NCBI GenBank assembly: GCA_965645245.1
Contig: OZ287074.1
Span: forward strand, 2,356,001 to 2,420,000
Source: Massalongia carnosa
Taxonomy: Eukaryota
Reading direction: 5' to 3'
Length of the DNA stretch: 64,000 nucleotides
Shown here: positions 23,828 through 35,651 of the stretch, piece by piece
How the letters are laid out: each line of letters starts with the position of its first letter
How positions within the stretch are numbered: the first letter of the stretch is position 1
Translations under genes and position numbers: made by a program
Notes under the pieces: model-generated
Told to the model about the DNA's origin: nothing
Database searches by the model: none
What the model saw: only the letters and a program-made list of their open reading frames with translations

Positions 23828-24499
23828 ACCGAGGGATAGGCAATGGCGGAACTACTAGTCAACATTGCGGAGTCATTCTAGGAAACTATTCAGGAACATG
23901 AAATAATCAATTGACTTTTTGACGTCTTTCAAAACAATGTTTTTTTGCGTGGTCATCAGCTTCGGGTGAAAGTTGACTCCTTGTGAGACGTGAAGAGCTC
24001 GCATGACAAGAGTTCCAGGCTTCAAATATGCCGCAGCTAGAGGGGCCTCTTAGCAGAGAATGCTTATCCAATTTATGTCCGATCTCTGAATCCTGCCCTT
24101 GCTTCCGTAAGCACTTCAGAACAAAAGTCTGCCAAGATCTTAAATCATTATTGAATGAATAAGCATCTTACTTCACTGAGCTACGTAGATGCAATGGTGG
24201 AGATTTTCAAAGATGTACCATCAGTGCTTACGCCTGTCGAGCCTTTGATAAAGTACGCTAAAATTGTAAAGCGATTGAGCATCACAATCGACGACATAGC
24301 TGAAGATGAGACGAGCAATTACAATACATCAAGTCCTGACATCTATTCCTATCATTTTCATTATGTCAGGTCAGTACGTTGACAGTACGTTGACATTATT
24401 GAGATTTTGTTTCGACATTTCAAAGCCTTTAAGCAAGGACTGAGGTTGACAGAAAAACCTTCACTGATCTAAGTGATAATTGACTTGTGATTCACAGAG

Positions 24500-24776
24500 A
24501 ACGAAGTGCAAGCGACATCAAAAGAAGATCATGATCAAGCATTGCAGCTGCTGCTGAAGAAAAGAGCCGATGAGAACGCTCGAGGTGGAGCCATTGACGA
24601 TGCAACTGCAGACGGCGTCATTTAATGATCATGATCGAGTGATGCAGATACCGCTCGATAAAGAGGCTAATCTCAACGCACAAAGTGAAGGCTGTGACTA
24701 CACATTGTAGACGGCATCAGCGAAAGGTCATGATTAAGAGATGCAAATGTTACTTGCCGCTGGTGCAATAGGGTAG
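24500..24776 (+). pseudogene. Degenerate ankyrin repeats
   Basis: HDQALQLLLKKRADENARG, HDRVMQIPLDKEANLNAQ and TASAKGHD..MLLAAGA, with stops and frameshifts. Confidence 0.62.
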
Positions 24777-24879
24777 AAACATAGCACCGATGTGACGAGC
24801 TAACTACTGATCTAGTGATATAGTGACACGCGGTGAACAAAAAAATCCACACACCCGCTGATAAGCAAAAGATTTAAAC

Positions 24880-26468
24880 TTGATAATTATCGTCTAACCC
24901 GTTAAAACCCTCGCATTCTTGTCTATCTAGAGTTTGGCTGCTCCCTCCTATTCGCACCACGCTGACGCCCTAGGCGAGTGACAGAGAAACTCCCAAATCC
25001 CAAAACTGAATGGCCTGCTGGCAGTGCCGTTCCGACCGATGCTAGCCTGACTGATGCTGCTTCGACTAAGGCTTAACCGGGCGAGGATAAAGGGCGCTGA
25101 AAACGTATAGATGTGTTGAGAACTTAATCTAAACTAGACTGAATGTAAAGCTGGTATGAATTCGATTTCTATCGTCCAAGTTGCTATATTTCTTCTTTAG
25201 AAAGTGCGTTTATTCAGCTGTGGTTGTTGCTGCTCTTCTTCTGAACGTCTGGAAAATTTTCATTTTATGCCTAGCTAATTAATATCTGATTGGAGCCGGA
25301 TGATGAGATACTATTTTATAAGAGAGCCGCCTTTTGAATAAAATAAGAGGCTAGAAGAAGGTCGTGGAAATTGGATGAACAAGTTTCGGAGAGAGGAAAT
25401 TGCGCAAGTTCCACCGTAAGCATTATGCCTTTTCTGACTCGATCAGTTTCGAAGCAAGAGCTTATTAAACTGAATTCCTGCTAATTGTCTTATTAATTGT
25501 CATGACGCAAATTCAGGATTCTGAAAATCTTTATTTAAGCAGGTGAACTTTCCTGCTCGGAGAAAAGTTGCAAAAGTTAAACAGTAAGCGGCGCGTATCA
25601 CTGCTTGTGATTCGACTGTTAAATCAAGCTGTGACACTAGTTGTAAAAGAAAATTCTTTGTGATAGGAAGACGCTCGCGATTGTCTTCTTCCCCTCGTCT
25701 TCTTCTGATGGCCGTGATCAGTCTCTGAAGTGAAGAATGATAAAAGATTGCCAGATCTTCCACACCAAAATCAATTAACATAGATCTAAGCCCGGCAAGG
25801 TAACCCTTGAGGGTTTTAAAGGCAATTTTCCGTTTGACTAGCTCGGTGATTTCTGAACCTATTCTTTGCAAGATAGCAGGAAAATAGGAAACGATCTTGC
25901 TGACTTGACAACGAATCTCGTAGCTTCTTCTAGCTGAGGAATTAAAATCTCAAGTCTTGGTTGCTAAATCCAATCATATCAGATTGATTGACTCTTTGTC
26001 AAAAGAAGTTTGAGTGCAAAAGATTGGAGGAGGATCATGAACAAAGGTGTTGCTATTGCCTGGAAATTAGAATACCTGTCAGCGATCTTTGGTATTTTTC
26101 CTCGAGATAACGTGTCAATAGCAGCATTTTCTCTGGTGCTGATACGTCAAGGTTTAATCTTAATGTCATTCAAAGCGGCCAACATGGCAATTGCCCAAAA
26201 GGCATGTATAGCACTACCTCGAATAGATGTTGTTTTTACTCCTATTGCAACAGCAAAATTGTCACAATGAAGAACCAAATAGCTTCCTTTAACAAAGAAG
26301 AGCCATTTTTAACCGTCATACTCGCATTAAAGAGCTCTCTACTTTGGAAGAAGCAGTTGTCAAAACTCAATTTCTCGATAATGCGACCGTTGTAGTCAGC
26401 AATTGAATATATATTGAGAAGTTCAACAGCAAGCTCGACAAGTTAAAATGACGCGCTTGCAATGTATG
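24880..26468 (-). mobile_element. Old, degenerate Ngaro-type element (RNase H end, tyrosine recombinase, B repeat)
   Basis: LVLHCDNFAV..TSIRG (RNase H), then TLKGYLAGLRS, ERLPIT and FATFLRAGKF (YR). B-like repeat at about 24880-24995. Many stops. Confidence 0.8.
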
Positions 26469-26777
26469 AGTAACTCGCTAGGGCGAAAGGTAATGACGGG
26501 ACCGAGTGGAGGCAGGCCGTGGATAGCCAACGAAGGCCGAAGGCCGAAGGAGGATGATGTCCAAATAGTTGGACAAGGAGGGGAAAGAAAGGGCATAAAT
26601 AGGTGGCCTTTTGGCACTCTTCTCCTCATCATCACCATTGATTCGGAGTTCAGCACCAAAAGGTCTTTTGAAAGTCTTTCCCGAATTAAACACATCTGTC
26701 AATCACCCACCCTCAACCCCATCATTCTAAATCACCTCCATTTCTCATCCTATATTACCTCCCACATTGAGCCCATC

Positions 26778-27902
26778 ATGCCTTCCCATCGCCCTCAAAG
26801 AATCACCAAGCCTTCCGCCCGCTCCGGAAATACCTCCGGGCCTAGTCAACGTCCCACTCGTTCCACCCGACCCCCTAGGGGAGGGGCCATAGTTCCAGAA
26901 ACACAGCATCCTCCGAACACTCAAGGCTCGGAAGGAACACTTCCGGGCGATGTGATAGACGTCCACCGAAGACCGGAACCAACCCCGGACCTGCTGTTGG
27001 ACCTCAGGGCTCAGCAGGAGGCCACGGCGACAGCCCTCAGGCAGGAGGAGACCCGTCACCTTCAAAAGCAAATCGCCGACAACTTGGCGGCCATTCAGCG
27101 CATAAGGGAAGGAAACACAGTCCCCGAGGGCAGGCAGGAGGCACACACTCCCCACCCGAACCAGCTACTGCCCGCTGAAACCGAAGGTACGGATCCATGT
27201 CTCCTTCCTCTAATTATCGAGTATCCCGCCATAAACAGCATTTATTTCCGACAAATTCTGAACAACAAATTCGAGCCCATAAATATTTCCAAGCTCTGCA
27301 CCGATGTAGTCTTAATCAAAGCAACTGTCAAACGAGTGAACCTGGCCAAAGGATACGAGTTAATACAAGAAGAAGACGACGCGTCACCAGGAGACATCAA
27401 CGGACTACCTCACCTGATTCGCTGCCTCGGGGTGTATTGGCAGGTCTTGCTTCATTTGGCACCATCCGGAATAAAAGACAGTCTTTGTAGGGCCTTTCAA
27501 ATCTATCAGGACCGTTTGTTGTTACATTACACCATCTACACTTGGGAGTCAGTACGAGTTTTTCATATAATCTTCCACAGGGGTCGGGTGTACCAGGGAG
27601 TGAACGACCCGGCCGGATGGAGGAGAATCGACACCACCGTCGAAAACATGTACCTTACTCGACGGACACCGAACTTGTCCATGACGGGAGGTACCACCAA
27701 GCAGCACCCGGGATCAATTCCGGTAGGCGGCTCCACTGAACCAAAGCCTATGTCCTGCAATCGATACAACGCAGGGCGGGAATGCAAGGACTGCAGGTAC
27801 CCTCACATCTGCAGTCTCTGTTTCGGCCATCACACGAAAAACAACTGCCCCAAGGCACATATCAGCAACCCAAATTTCATGTCAACAGGTAGACGAGATT
27901 GA
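26778..27902 (+). CDS. Ngaro 1 ORF1 (gag-like, C-terminal CCCH and CCHC fingers)
   Basis: Open frame from ATG 26778; homologous to Ngaro 2 ORF1 (EYP.I, PINI.KLCTD, HLIRCLGVYW, YTW.SVR.FH). Confidence 0.8.
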   Translation: MPSHRPQRITKPSARSGNTSGPSQRPTRSTRPPRGGAIVPETQHPPNTQGSEGTLPGDVIDVHRRPEPTPDLLLDLRAQQEATATALRQEETRHLQKQIADNLAAIQRIREGNTVPEGRQEAHTPHPNQLLPAETEGTDPCLLPLIIEYPAINSIYFRQILNNKFEPINISKLCTDVVLIKATVKRVNLAKGYELIQEEDDASPGDINGLPHLIRCLGVYWQVLLHLAPSGIKDSLCRAFQIYQDRLLLHYTIYTWESVRVFHIIFHRGRVYQGVNDPAGWRRIDTTVENMYLTRRTPNLSMTGGTTKQHPGSIPVGGSTEPKPMSCNRYNAGRECKDCRYPHICSLCFGHHTKNNCPKAHISNPNFMSTGRRD

Positions 27903-29510
27903 CTAACCGGCCCATTTGATCATATCGCCGAAGGGTTCCCCTATCCGCTGATAGATAAAGCAGCAATCGTACCCTCAGGGCCTCTAAGAAAAGAAGGCTG
28001 GGAACTTCACCTCATGGGTCATCGGGACAAAATTTACAAACAGACCATTCAAGATATAATCGTGTACGGGGCCAAAATTGGTTACACCGGCCCAGATCAG
28101 TTCATTCTAAGCAGCAACCTGGCCTCGGCCAACGAGGCCCCAGAAATTCTGACCATGGACGTAGAGGACCAAAGGGCCAAAAACCGATTGATCGAGGTGC
28201 CCACCCTACCAGCCAAATATATATGCTCCCCCTTAGGCTTAGTCCCCAAAGCAAACGGAGGATGGCGCCGTATTCATCACCTCTCCCACCCCGAGGGTAA
28301 TTCGGTGAACGACTTCATTCCCGGGGAGGGCGCTCTGGAATATATCACTTTCGACGAAGCCCTCGCCGGCGTCAGAAGAATGGGCAAGGACTGCGTACTG
28401 ATCAAACGAGATCTAGCCGATGCCTTTCGCCACGTTCCAGTGGCGCAAAGCGATTGGTGGTTGCTGGGATTTTGTTGGAACGGGGTTTACTGGATAGAAC
28501 GCTTTCTTCCATTCGGCCTCAGGACGTCTCCCTTCTTGTTTGACTTATTCGCGAAAGGTCTGAACTGGATGATGATTAATAAAACAAATGGCGAAGTTAT
28601 TCACTACTTGGACGATTTTCTCGGAATCGTTCGCGCTATTCCCGATGCGGCATCCTTCGATCGGAACTTTGCCGAAATTTGTTCAGTCGGCCTAAAAATC
28701 AACGAAAAGAAAAATAAACAAGGCACGGTAGTCGAATTCCTGGGCATAGAGCTGGACACACACCTGATGCAGGCACGACTACTGGCCGAAAAGCTTCAGA
28801 AAGCTAAGGATCTCGTCCAATCAACATTGAATAAATCCACGATAACCAGAAACGAGCTAGACACTCTGCTAGGATTTCTGTGCTTTGCAGCCAAAGTGGT
28901 GGTACCGGGAAGAACCTTTCTCCGACGCCTTTTGAACAGCAAAATCGGGCCCGCGCGCCCATTTATTCATATCAATTCTCACATAAAAGCTGATCTTTTA
29001 TGGTGGCATCATTTCATTCCATTATGGAACGGCATACACATTATTAGCCCTTCGAGACCCCTGCTCCGTCTCTGGACGGATGCTAGTGGGGACTTCGGAA
29101 TCGGGGCATACATACTTCAAGGTAGTCAGACCACACACACATTGCCCGCTGAGCAAGTGGTTTCTGAACGTTATACCACCAGGCTCAGAGCCAAACATAT
29201 CAATGAGAAGGAGATGACAGCGATTCTGCACGCCATACGGCGGTGGCTCCCCATGTGCAAGGGAGCTCATCTTCTTCTTTATTGCGACAGCTTTGCTGTA
29301 ATGTCCGGGGTCAAAAAGACCTCCATTCGTTGCGGGGCCATGCATCCCCTCCGGAATATCGCCATGATGGCGGCAATATATGACATTGAGATTGAACCAC
29401 ACTGGCTGTCTACCAAAGAAAATTTCTTAGCAGATTGGTTGTCCCGAGGACTATTTGGAAAAATCGCTGACAATTACCCCAACCTGCAAGGCATTTCATT
29501 GAACAAATAA
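27903..29510 (+). CDS. Ngaro 1 reverse transcriptase-RNase H
   Basis: SPLGLVPK, WRRIHHLSHP, LPFGLRTSP, HYLDDFL, WTDAS and YCDS; in frame with ORF1 after TGA. Confidence 0.92.
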   Translation, partial: LTGPFDHIAEGFPYPLIDKAAIVPSGPLRKEGWELHLMGHRDKIYKQTIQDIIVYGAKIGYTGPDQFILSSNLASANEAPEILTMDVEDQRAKNRLIEVPTLPAKYICSPLGLVPKANGGWRRIHHLSHPEGNSVNDFIPGEGALEYITFDEALAGVRRMGKDCVLIKRDLADAFRHVPVAQSDWWLLGFCWNGVYWIERFLPFGLRTSPFLFDLFAKGLNWMMINKTNGEVIHYLDDFLGIVRAIPDAASFDRNFAEICSVGLKINEKKNKQGTVVEFLGIELDTHLMQARLLAEKLQKAKDLVQSTLNKSTITRNELDTLLGFLCFAAKVVVPGRTFLRRLLNSKIGPARPFIHINSHIKADLLWWHHFIPLWNGIHIISPSRPLLRLWTDASGDFGIGAYILQGSQTTHTLPAEQVVSERYTTRLRAKHINEKEMTAILHAIRRWLPMCKGAHLLLYCDSFAVMSGVKKTSIRCGAMHPLRNIAMMAAIYDIEIEPHWLSTKENFLADWLSRGLFGKIADNYPNLQGISLNK

Positions 29511-30533
29511 CGGCGTCACTCGCCCGCGACCCTCCAGAGACTTGGTATAACGAGGTTCCGCTGGATCGCCGAGCAGCCAGATATTTATGGTGGGGCATAA
29601 CAATTAGGACTCGAGGGCTATACGATGCAGCCCGGAAAAGCTACACGACCCACTGTCAATTGGCAACGAATTTCCTCCCTTTCCAGCGACAATTCGAAGC
29701 CTTTCGGCATGGATAGCCGCCCTGGGTCAGCGAGGGCTCCGCCCCAAAACCATCAAAAACTATTTAGCTGGAGTACGATCGAGCCAATTGGACATGGGCC
29801 TAGGGGACCTGGAGGTCTTTCACCATCCAGTCCTAGACAGAATAATTGCGGGAATAAAACGAATGCACGGTGAACCAGAAAGACGAGAATGGCTACCAAT
29901 CACACGCAACATTTTGATAAAATTGCTACGGAAATTAGACACTACTAACGAGGTCCAGGCAACACTTCATGCGGCATACAGCATCGCATTCGCCGCCTTC
30001 TTAAAAGCGGGAGAATTTACCTACAAACAGGGAGAAATGCAAGACTCCAGCTTCGATTCATGGCATTTAACTAGGAAATCGGTGGATCTACAGGCGGATC
30101 GAATAATTCTTTCCCTACCGTCATCCAAGACGGATCCTTTTCGAAGGGGTAGAAAAATTTATATCGCAGCAACAAACGACGAAGCATGCTCGATCACCTC
30201 CATTCGGAACTTGTTTACCCGATTCCCGAAACCAGCATCGTCCCATTGTTCCAGGTTCAGGACAAGGCCTTCACTCGTGAATATTTAGTGCAGGCCCTAC
30301 GGAGTGGCCTCCGGGCAGTTGACGTCCGAGGGAATTACTCGGGTCATTCGTTTCGACGGGGTGCAGCAACAACGGCCAAGAACTCGGGCTTGCTAGAGGA
30401 AGATATTCAGACCTTGGGCCGATGGAAATCAGACTCGTATCAATTGTACATTCAGACACACCCGGACCAATTAATAGCGACCTCCCTTCGTTTTCAACGA
30501 CCCCCCGCCACGTTCCGAACAGCACCACCGTAG
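29490..30533 (+). pseudogene. Ngaro 1 tyrosine recombinase, frameshifted
   Basis: FLKAGEF, SKTDPFRRG, GHSFRRGAAT and LGRWKSDSYQLY across pieces 29788-30288 and 30186-30533. Confidence 0.88.
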
Positions 30534-30727
30534 GTGGGCCATTCCCTGCTTGGGGTTGGGAGTTTTTCCCCTCACTGCTGCCAAAACAAAGCCATTATAG
30601 GAGGGGCCCTCAGCAAAACTGAGCGCCAGCAGGGAAGCAGCGAGGGGAGAGTTGCCCAAACATAGATAGAAATTATATATATGTTCAGCTGACACGATGG
30701 AGCCCGCGAATTACCTATAATTTGACA

Positions 30728-30815
30728 AGAGGTCTCTTTTAAGCGAATTTCACATTCGCTTTATTTTTTTGGTGGCAGGAGACCTTCAAATCAAGAACAC
30801 TAAGTATACAAGTAT
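30728..30815 (-). repeat. Family A terminal module (stub)
   Basis: Reverse complement of 61092-61174 and 50690-50772. Confidence 0.75.
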
Positions 30816-30879
30816 CACTAGTACTCATCTCACTCCTGCACACCACGTCATCGTCGGCGGACCGCACGTCTTCCCTTAA

Positions 30880-33087
30880 CTACGTCAGTTTTGGGATACG
30901 CTCCGCCAAGACTTGACCTCTGAAGGTCCTTACAAAGTCAGCATTGGTGGCATGAGGTTGAGGTTGCAGGAGTTGCAGGATAAAGATACCCAAGCTCAGA
31001 TGATCAGAGCAGAGAAGCTTGGAAAAGATGGCTGGGAAGACACCGAGGGGATTTTGCATTATCAAAGGCCTTATGTCCCTAAGATCCTCAGAACTGAGCT
31101 AATCAGTAGGCATCATGATGATCCATTAGCAGGACACTTCCGTATCGAAAAGACGCGAGAACTCATTGCGAGAAAGTACTTCTGGGAGACTATCCGCCGC
31201 GATGTCGAGAGCTATGTCAAGGGTTGCGACGTCTGCTTATTCTAAAGCGGTCAGACACAAGCCTTACGGAAACCTAAAGTCACTGCCAGTGCCAACTCAT
31301 CGCTTGAAAGACTTGTCTATGGATTTCGTGACGGAGTTGCCTGAATCTGCTGATTGGAAGCGCGATAGCTACGATTCGATCCTGGTCATCGTCGACCGAC
31401 TTACAAAGACGGTGCACTATGAGCCAGTGCTGACAACGGTCACTGCACCATGGCTAGCAGAAGTAATCATAGACGTGGTAGTTCGTCACCACGGCTTGCC
31501 AGACTCTATCGTCAGCGACCGCGGCTCAGTTTTCACTTCCAAGTTCTGGTCTTCCTTGTGCTACTTTTTAGGCATCAAGCGACGCCTCTCTACCGCGTTC
31601 CATCCACTGACCGATGGGCACACCGAACGCCAGAACAGCACCATGGAAGCCTACTTTAGGGGGTTCGTCAACTACGAACAAGACGACTGGGCGCGCTTGC
31701 TTCCGATGGCTGAGTTTGCGTACAACAATACGAGAAATGCGAGCACTGGGCATACGCCGTTCGAGCTCAACTCTGGTTACCACCCCCGTGTTTCATATGA
31801 GGAAGACATCGACCCCCGCTCCAGGTCCAAGTCAGCAAACGAACTAGCTGCAGAACTAAAGGACTTGATGGCTATCTGCAAGGAAAACCTTCAGCACGCA
31901 CAAGAATGGCAGACAAAGGCCCACAACAAAGGAACCAAGCCACGGAGCTATGCACCTGGCGATAAAGTTTGGTTGAACAGCAAGTATATTAAGACCATAC
32001 GTAATCGCAAGCTAGTGGCTAAGTTCTTCGGGCCATTCCGTGTCTTGCAACCAGTGGGCAAGCAAGCCTATAAGCTGAAGCTTCCAAAACGGTGGCGCAT
32101 CCATGATATCTTTCATGTATCACTACTAGAGCAGGACACCATAAGGAAGAGGCGGGTGGACGAGAAGATCGCGGAGCAGCTAGAATTCGGAGCTGGTAAC
32201 GATGAGGAGTACGAGGTTGAAGGCATTTTGGATAGCGCGGTCTACGCCAAGGAATCAGAAGCTGGCCACCTACCAGGCCTTTACTATCAGGTCTCCTGGA
32301 AGGGCTATCCAGAGGATGAAAGTACGTGGGAACCGGCGGCAGCGATCAAACACCTTCGGAAGATCGTCAAAGCCTACCATGAGGGTAACCCCACCAAGCC
32401 GACAGCAACCTCTCCTCCTATCAACACCGCACCGCCAATGGCTAAGCCGACCGTTAAGCCTAAATGCAAGCGGAGACGCGGCCGACCAGCTACCAGCACT
32501 CGGAACAAGAAGGCGCAGAAGTAGAAGCCTCGGGGTTTTTCTCCTGCCACCTGCTATGGAGTCTAGGAAAGGTTTTCCCTTCGTTTTCCCGTTATTATCA
32601 GGGTTTAAGGGTTTTTCATCGATCTTGAGAAGTCGGTTTTCCCTATGTTCTCCCGTTGTCTTATCAGGGTTTTAGGGTATTTCATCGATCTCGACAAGTC
32701 GGTTTTCCTCATCAGTTCCCACTGGGTTAGGAGGTATTTCATTGACTTCGGAGGCCGGTTTTCCTCCTTGCTATCATACTAGGAAGGAGGTTTTTCACCG
32801 ACTGCCATAAACATCATACCACCCACCTAACGTGTCGTTACTATCCACTACACGCTCGGCGGAGCTCGCGTCCTAGAGGGGAGGCAATTATAATACGGAT
32901 GGCGCTAGAGGGATACGTGATCGCCTAGGGCGATTGCGAGATTAACTAGCATGAGCCAAGCCGTAGTATGAAGTCGCAGAGCCGTCAAGGTTGCCACATC
33001 GCCGCCTTGACATAAAACTATCTTGCCACAACGCCACCTTGCCACACAACTTCGGATTAGTTGTTATCACGTTCTAGACTGCTTACA
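30880..33087 (+). mobile_element. Chromodomain Ty3/gypsy element, 3' fragment (integrase-chromodomain, PPT, 3' LTR)
   Basis: HHDDPLAGH..CDVC, LSMDFV, VSDRGSVF, TDGHTER, GPF and EYEVEGIL..VSWKGY..TWEP. PPT at about 32875-32885; probable LTR 32889-33087 (T(G/A)TAA...TTACA). Confidence 0.88.
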
Positions 33088-33969
33088 GATCAATCACCTG
33101 TCGAGGCCGCGGTAGTAGATTGCTATGGAGAGTAAGGCGAACTCCTGTGGACACTAGCCGTGAACTCTATATGGAATCTACTGGCCTAGTCGGAGCTACT
33201 CGATCTCTTGATGGACCAAGAGTTGTAGCAGGAGGCACGGCTAGCTGGACGCTGCTTGAGCTCGGCCTCCCCGGTGTAAACTTCAGCTTCAACCTTTATT
33301 GCTACGCTGGTAGTGAATGTCGGCTGAATGAACCTACATGACCTTGTAGTCTAGAACTTGGGTCTAGAGGCAGGTCCGCAGTGTAGAGAGAGATTTAGTC
33401 GGAGGTAACCTTCCACCGCTACATTGGTAGTGGTGACGGCGAAATGAAGCTATATAGCCTCGGCGTCTAGACTTTATGTTCAGAGGCGGGGCAAGCAATG
33501 TGGCGAGGGATCTAGCCAGAGGTAGAACTGTTCTACCTTGCAAGGGAAGATCTAGAAGGCTGCTCGAGGCTGACTAGATGATCCAGCGAACGTCGAGTTT
33601 GTGGATAGATCCTGAGGGATGGTTAGATGTAAGACGATAAGGTCAGATGTGGGTTGCAAGGCTCCCAAGGCTATAGGCTTCGGGTGAGTAGGATAAATAC
33701 CAGATCAAATCCTGTAGTATTCGTTAGCAATTAGTCTTTATTCTATAAACAACCTACGTTTGGGTCTCGGACGAGATCTCTTGGTCTAAGCACTTCCACA
33801 TCCGTTAGTTCTTTGGATCACGTATACTATCGGAGACCAGCACATAGTAGCTATCTTCTACCTCTCACGCTAAGCATTTCCTTTCGAGATCAGTGTCGCT
33901 CGTGATTAGTTTACTAGTCTCGTAGCCCTCTACAGGACGGTCGGGGGGGGGACTGTCCCTAAGCATCTC

Positions 33970-34641
33970 GCTTGCGTGACGGGCCGACGGCAGGTTGCTT
34001 CGCAGAATGAGCGACGCACTGGCGGGAACTGCGGCGAGACGAAGGAGGTGAAGGCGGACGCGGAGGGGTAGAGGCGTGCGAGCTGACGGGTATAGGGGAA
34101 GGCGCGGGGACGGCGCGGGGGGAACACCGTCGCGGCTGGATGCGGAGGAGGGACGGCTGCTGTTGAAGAAGTCGTCGCGAATAGTTTCCGCTATCATGCC
34201 ATTGGGTCGGGGAGGGATTCGAATCTCAATAATTGAAGTGAGGCTGCGAAACCAGTCGGTCATGATGTCAAGATTGGAGGGATGAGTAGCACGGCGTTCG
34301 TGCAATTCTTCCAATGCGAGCAGTCCCTGTGCCGGCGTGAGACGAAGCTTTTTCAAGAACAAGAAAACGATTATAGATAGTAACCGTCTGCATCCAATGA
34401 TGAATACGATCGTGTTCCGTCAAGTCGGCGGCGTATAGATTTACTTTGATCGCATGGCGCAGCTGGCTCAGCTTCACTTTCACGAAGTAGGAAGATAGAA
34501 GAGGTCGGAACGAAGTGTTTCGCTCTCAAAGAACTTCAATGTCACGTGATGCTTCCCTCGGCTCCCGAGGGAAGCATAAACATTTGAAGTTGAAAATTTA
34601 AAGGTAAACTTTATTGGAATCAGCAATTACTTAGTCGTTTC
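33970..34641 (-). repeat. Family A copy II (partial)
   Basis: Aligns with 7358-7950 and, inverted, with 48494-49137. Confidence 0.85.
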
Positions 34642-35651
34642 TGTCAAATTATAGGATAACTAATCCTAAACATCAGTTGTCACGAAATCAGGTCGAGGGC
34701 AAGGGCAAAGGCAAGGTGGGTTGATGGTCAAGCTTATTGATTGAGTCTATAGCTATGAATCTAGGCTAGGCTAGGTTGGCTATTCAAGACGTTCGACAAA
34801 GAATCAGAACTTCCATGATTCGGCTTCTTTCTTATATCTTTGTCCTCCCATATTCATCTTTCTAGGGTGGCGGCGAATGATGTCTAGTCAGTGCGATGAT
34901 GAATGAGGGGCATTATAGCGGCAACTAGTTCGTGTCAATCTCGTTATATTGCTACTAAGTATGTTTGGGCTATTGCTCACAGCCCCCGGCCTCGAGAGGG
35001 GGACTCGATAAGGGCCTTGCTGTCTACTAATGTAAGACCCTCTCGCAGGCCTTGGGCTGTGAACAGACTCCCTCTATCTAAGCGACAGAAGAACTGGAGT
35101 GGGTGGGTGGGAAAGAAAACGTTGCAAACAGTGCTATCAAAATGCTATGCTTTTTGATTGTCTTGAGATGTGAGATGATGAGGGATACCGTCTGGGACCT
35201 CCTCTTTATATATCTTCTTCCTATTCTCCTTGTCCTACTCTACCATCCCAGTATGCCCCATCAACGCGGCCCATAGCAAGGCATACACAAATCCGAAACC
35301 TAACTGTCGTCCGAAGGATCGATGCGGTGCTAAGATCTCTATGCCGTGCTGAGACATCCTTATGGTGCTGAGACATCTATGCCGTCCGAGAGATCCATGC
35401 GGTGCCGAAATCAAAGCGGGAGCTGTCTCGATTAACGACGCACTAGCTCTCAGCATAGCCGAACTAGCTAGTTCGTGTCAATCTCGTTATATTGCTACTA
35501 AGTATGTTTGGGCTATTGCTCACAGCCCCCGGCCTCGAGAGGGGGACTCGATAAGGGCCTTGCTGTCTACTAATGTAAGACCCTCTCGCAGGCCTTGGGC
35601 TGTGAACAGACTCCCAATCCCCAACATGGAACGACCCGCTTGCGGTGTTGT

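Larger units (their letters stand above)
26469..30714 (+). mobile_element. Ngaro (DIRS-order) tyrosine-recombinase retrotransposon 1, structure A1-ORFs-B
   Basis: Repeat A 26469-26670, then gag-like, RT-RH and YR regions, then repeat B 30560-30714. A2-B2 is absent. Confidence 0.92.

Noticed and set aside
32560..32800. Degenerate repeats of GGTTTTCC..TTATCAGGGTTT
   Set aside because: Ordinary 3' UTR repeats of the gypsy fragment.
33713..33934. Possible further LTR (TGTAG...CTACA) with an adjacent decayed gag-like remnant
   Set aside because: No TSD, second full copy or clear protein motif; too weak to call.
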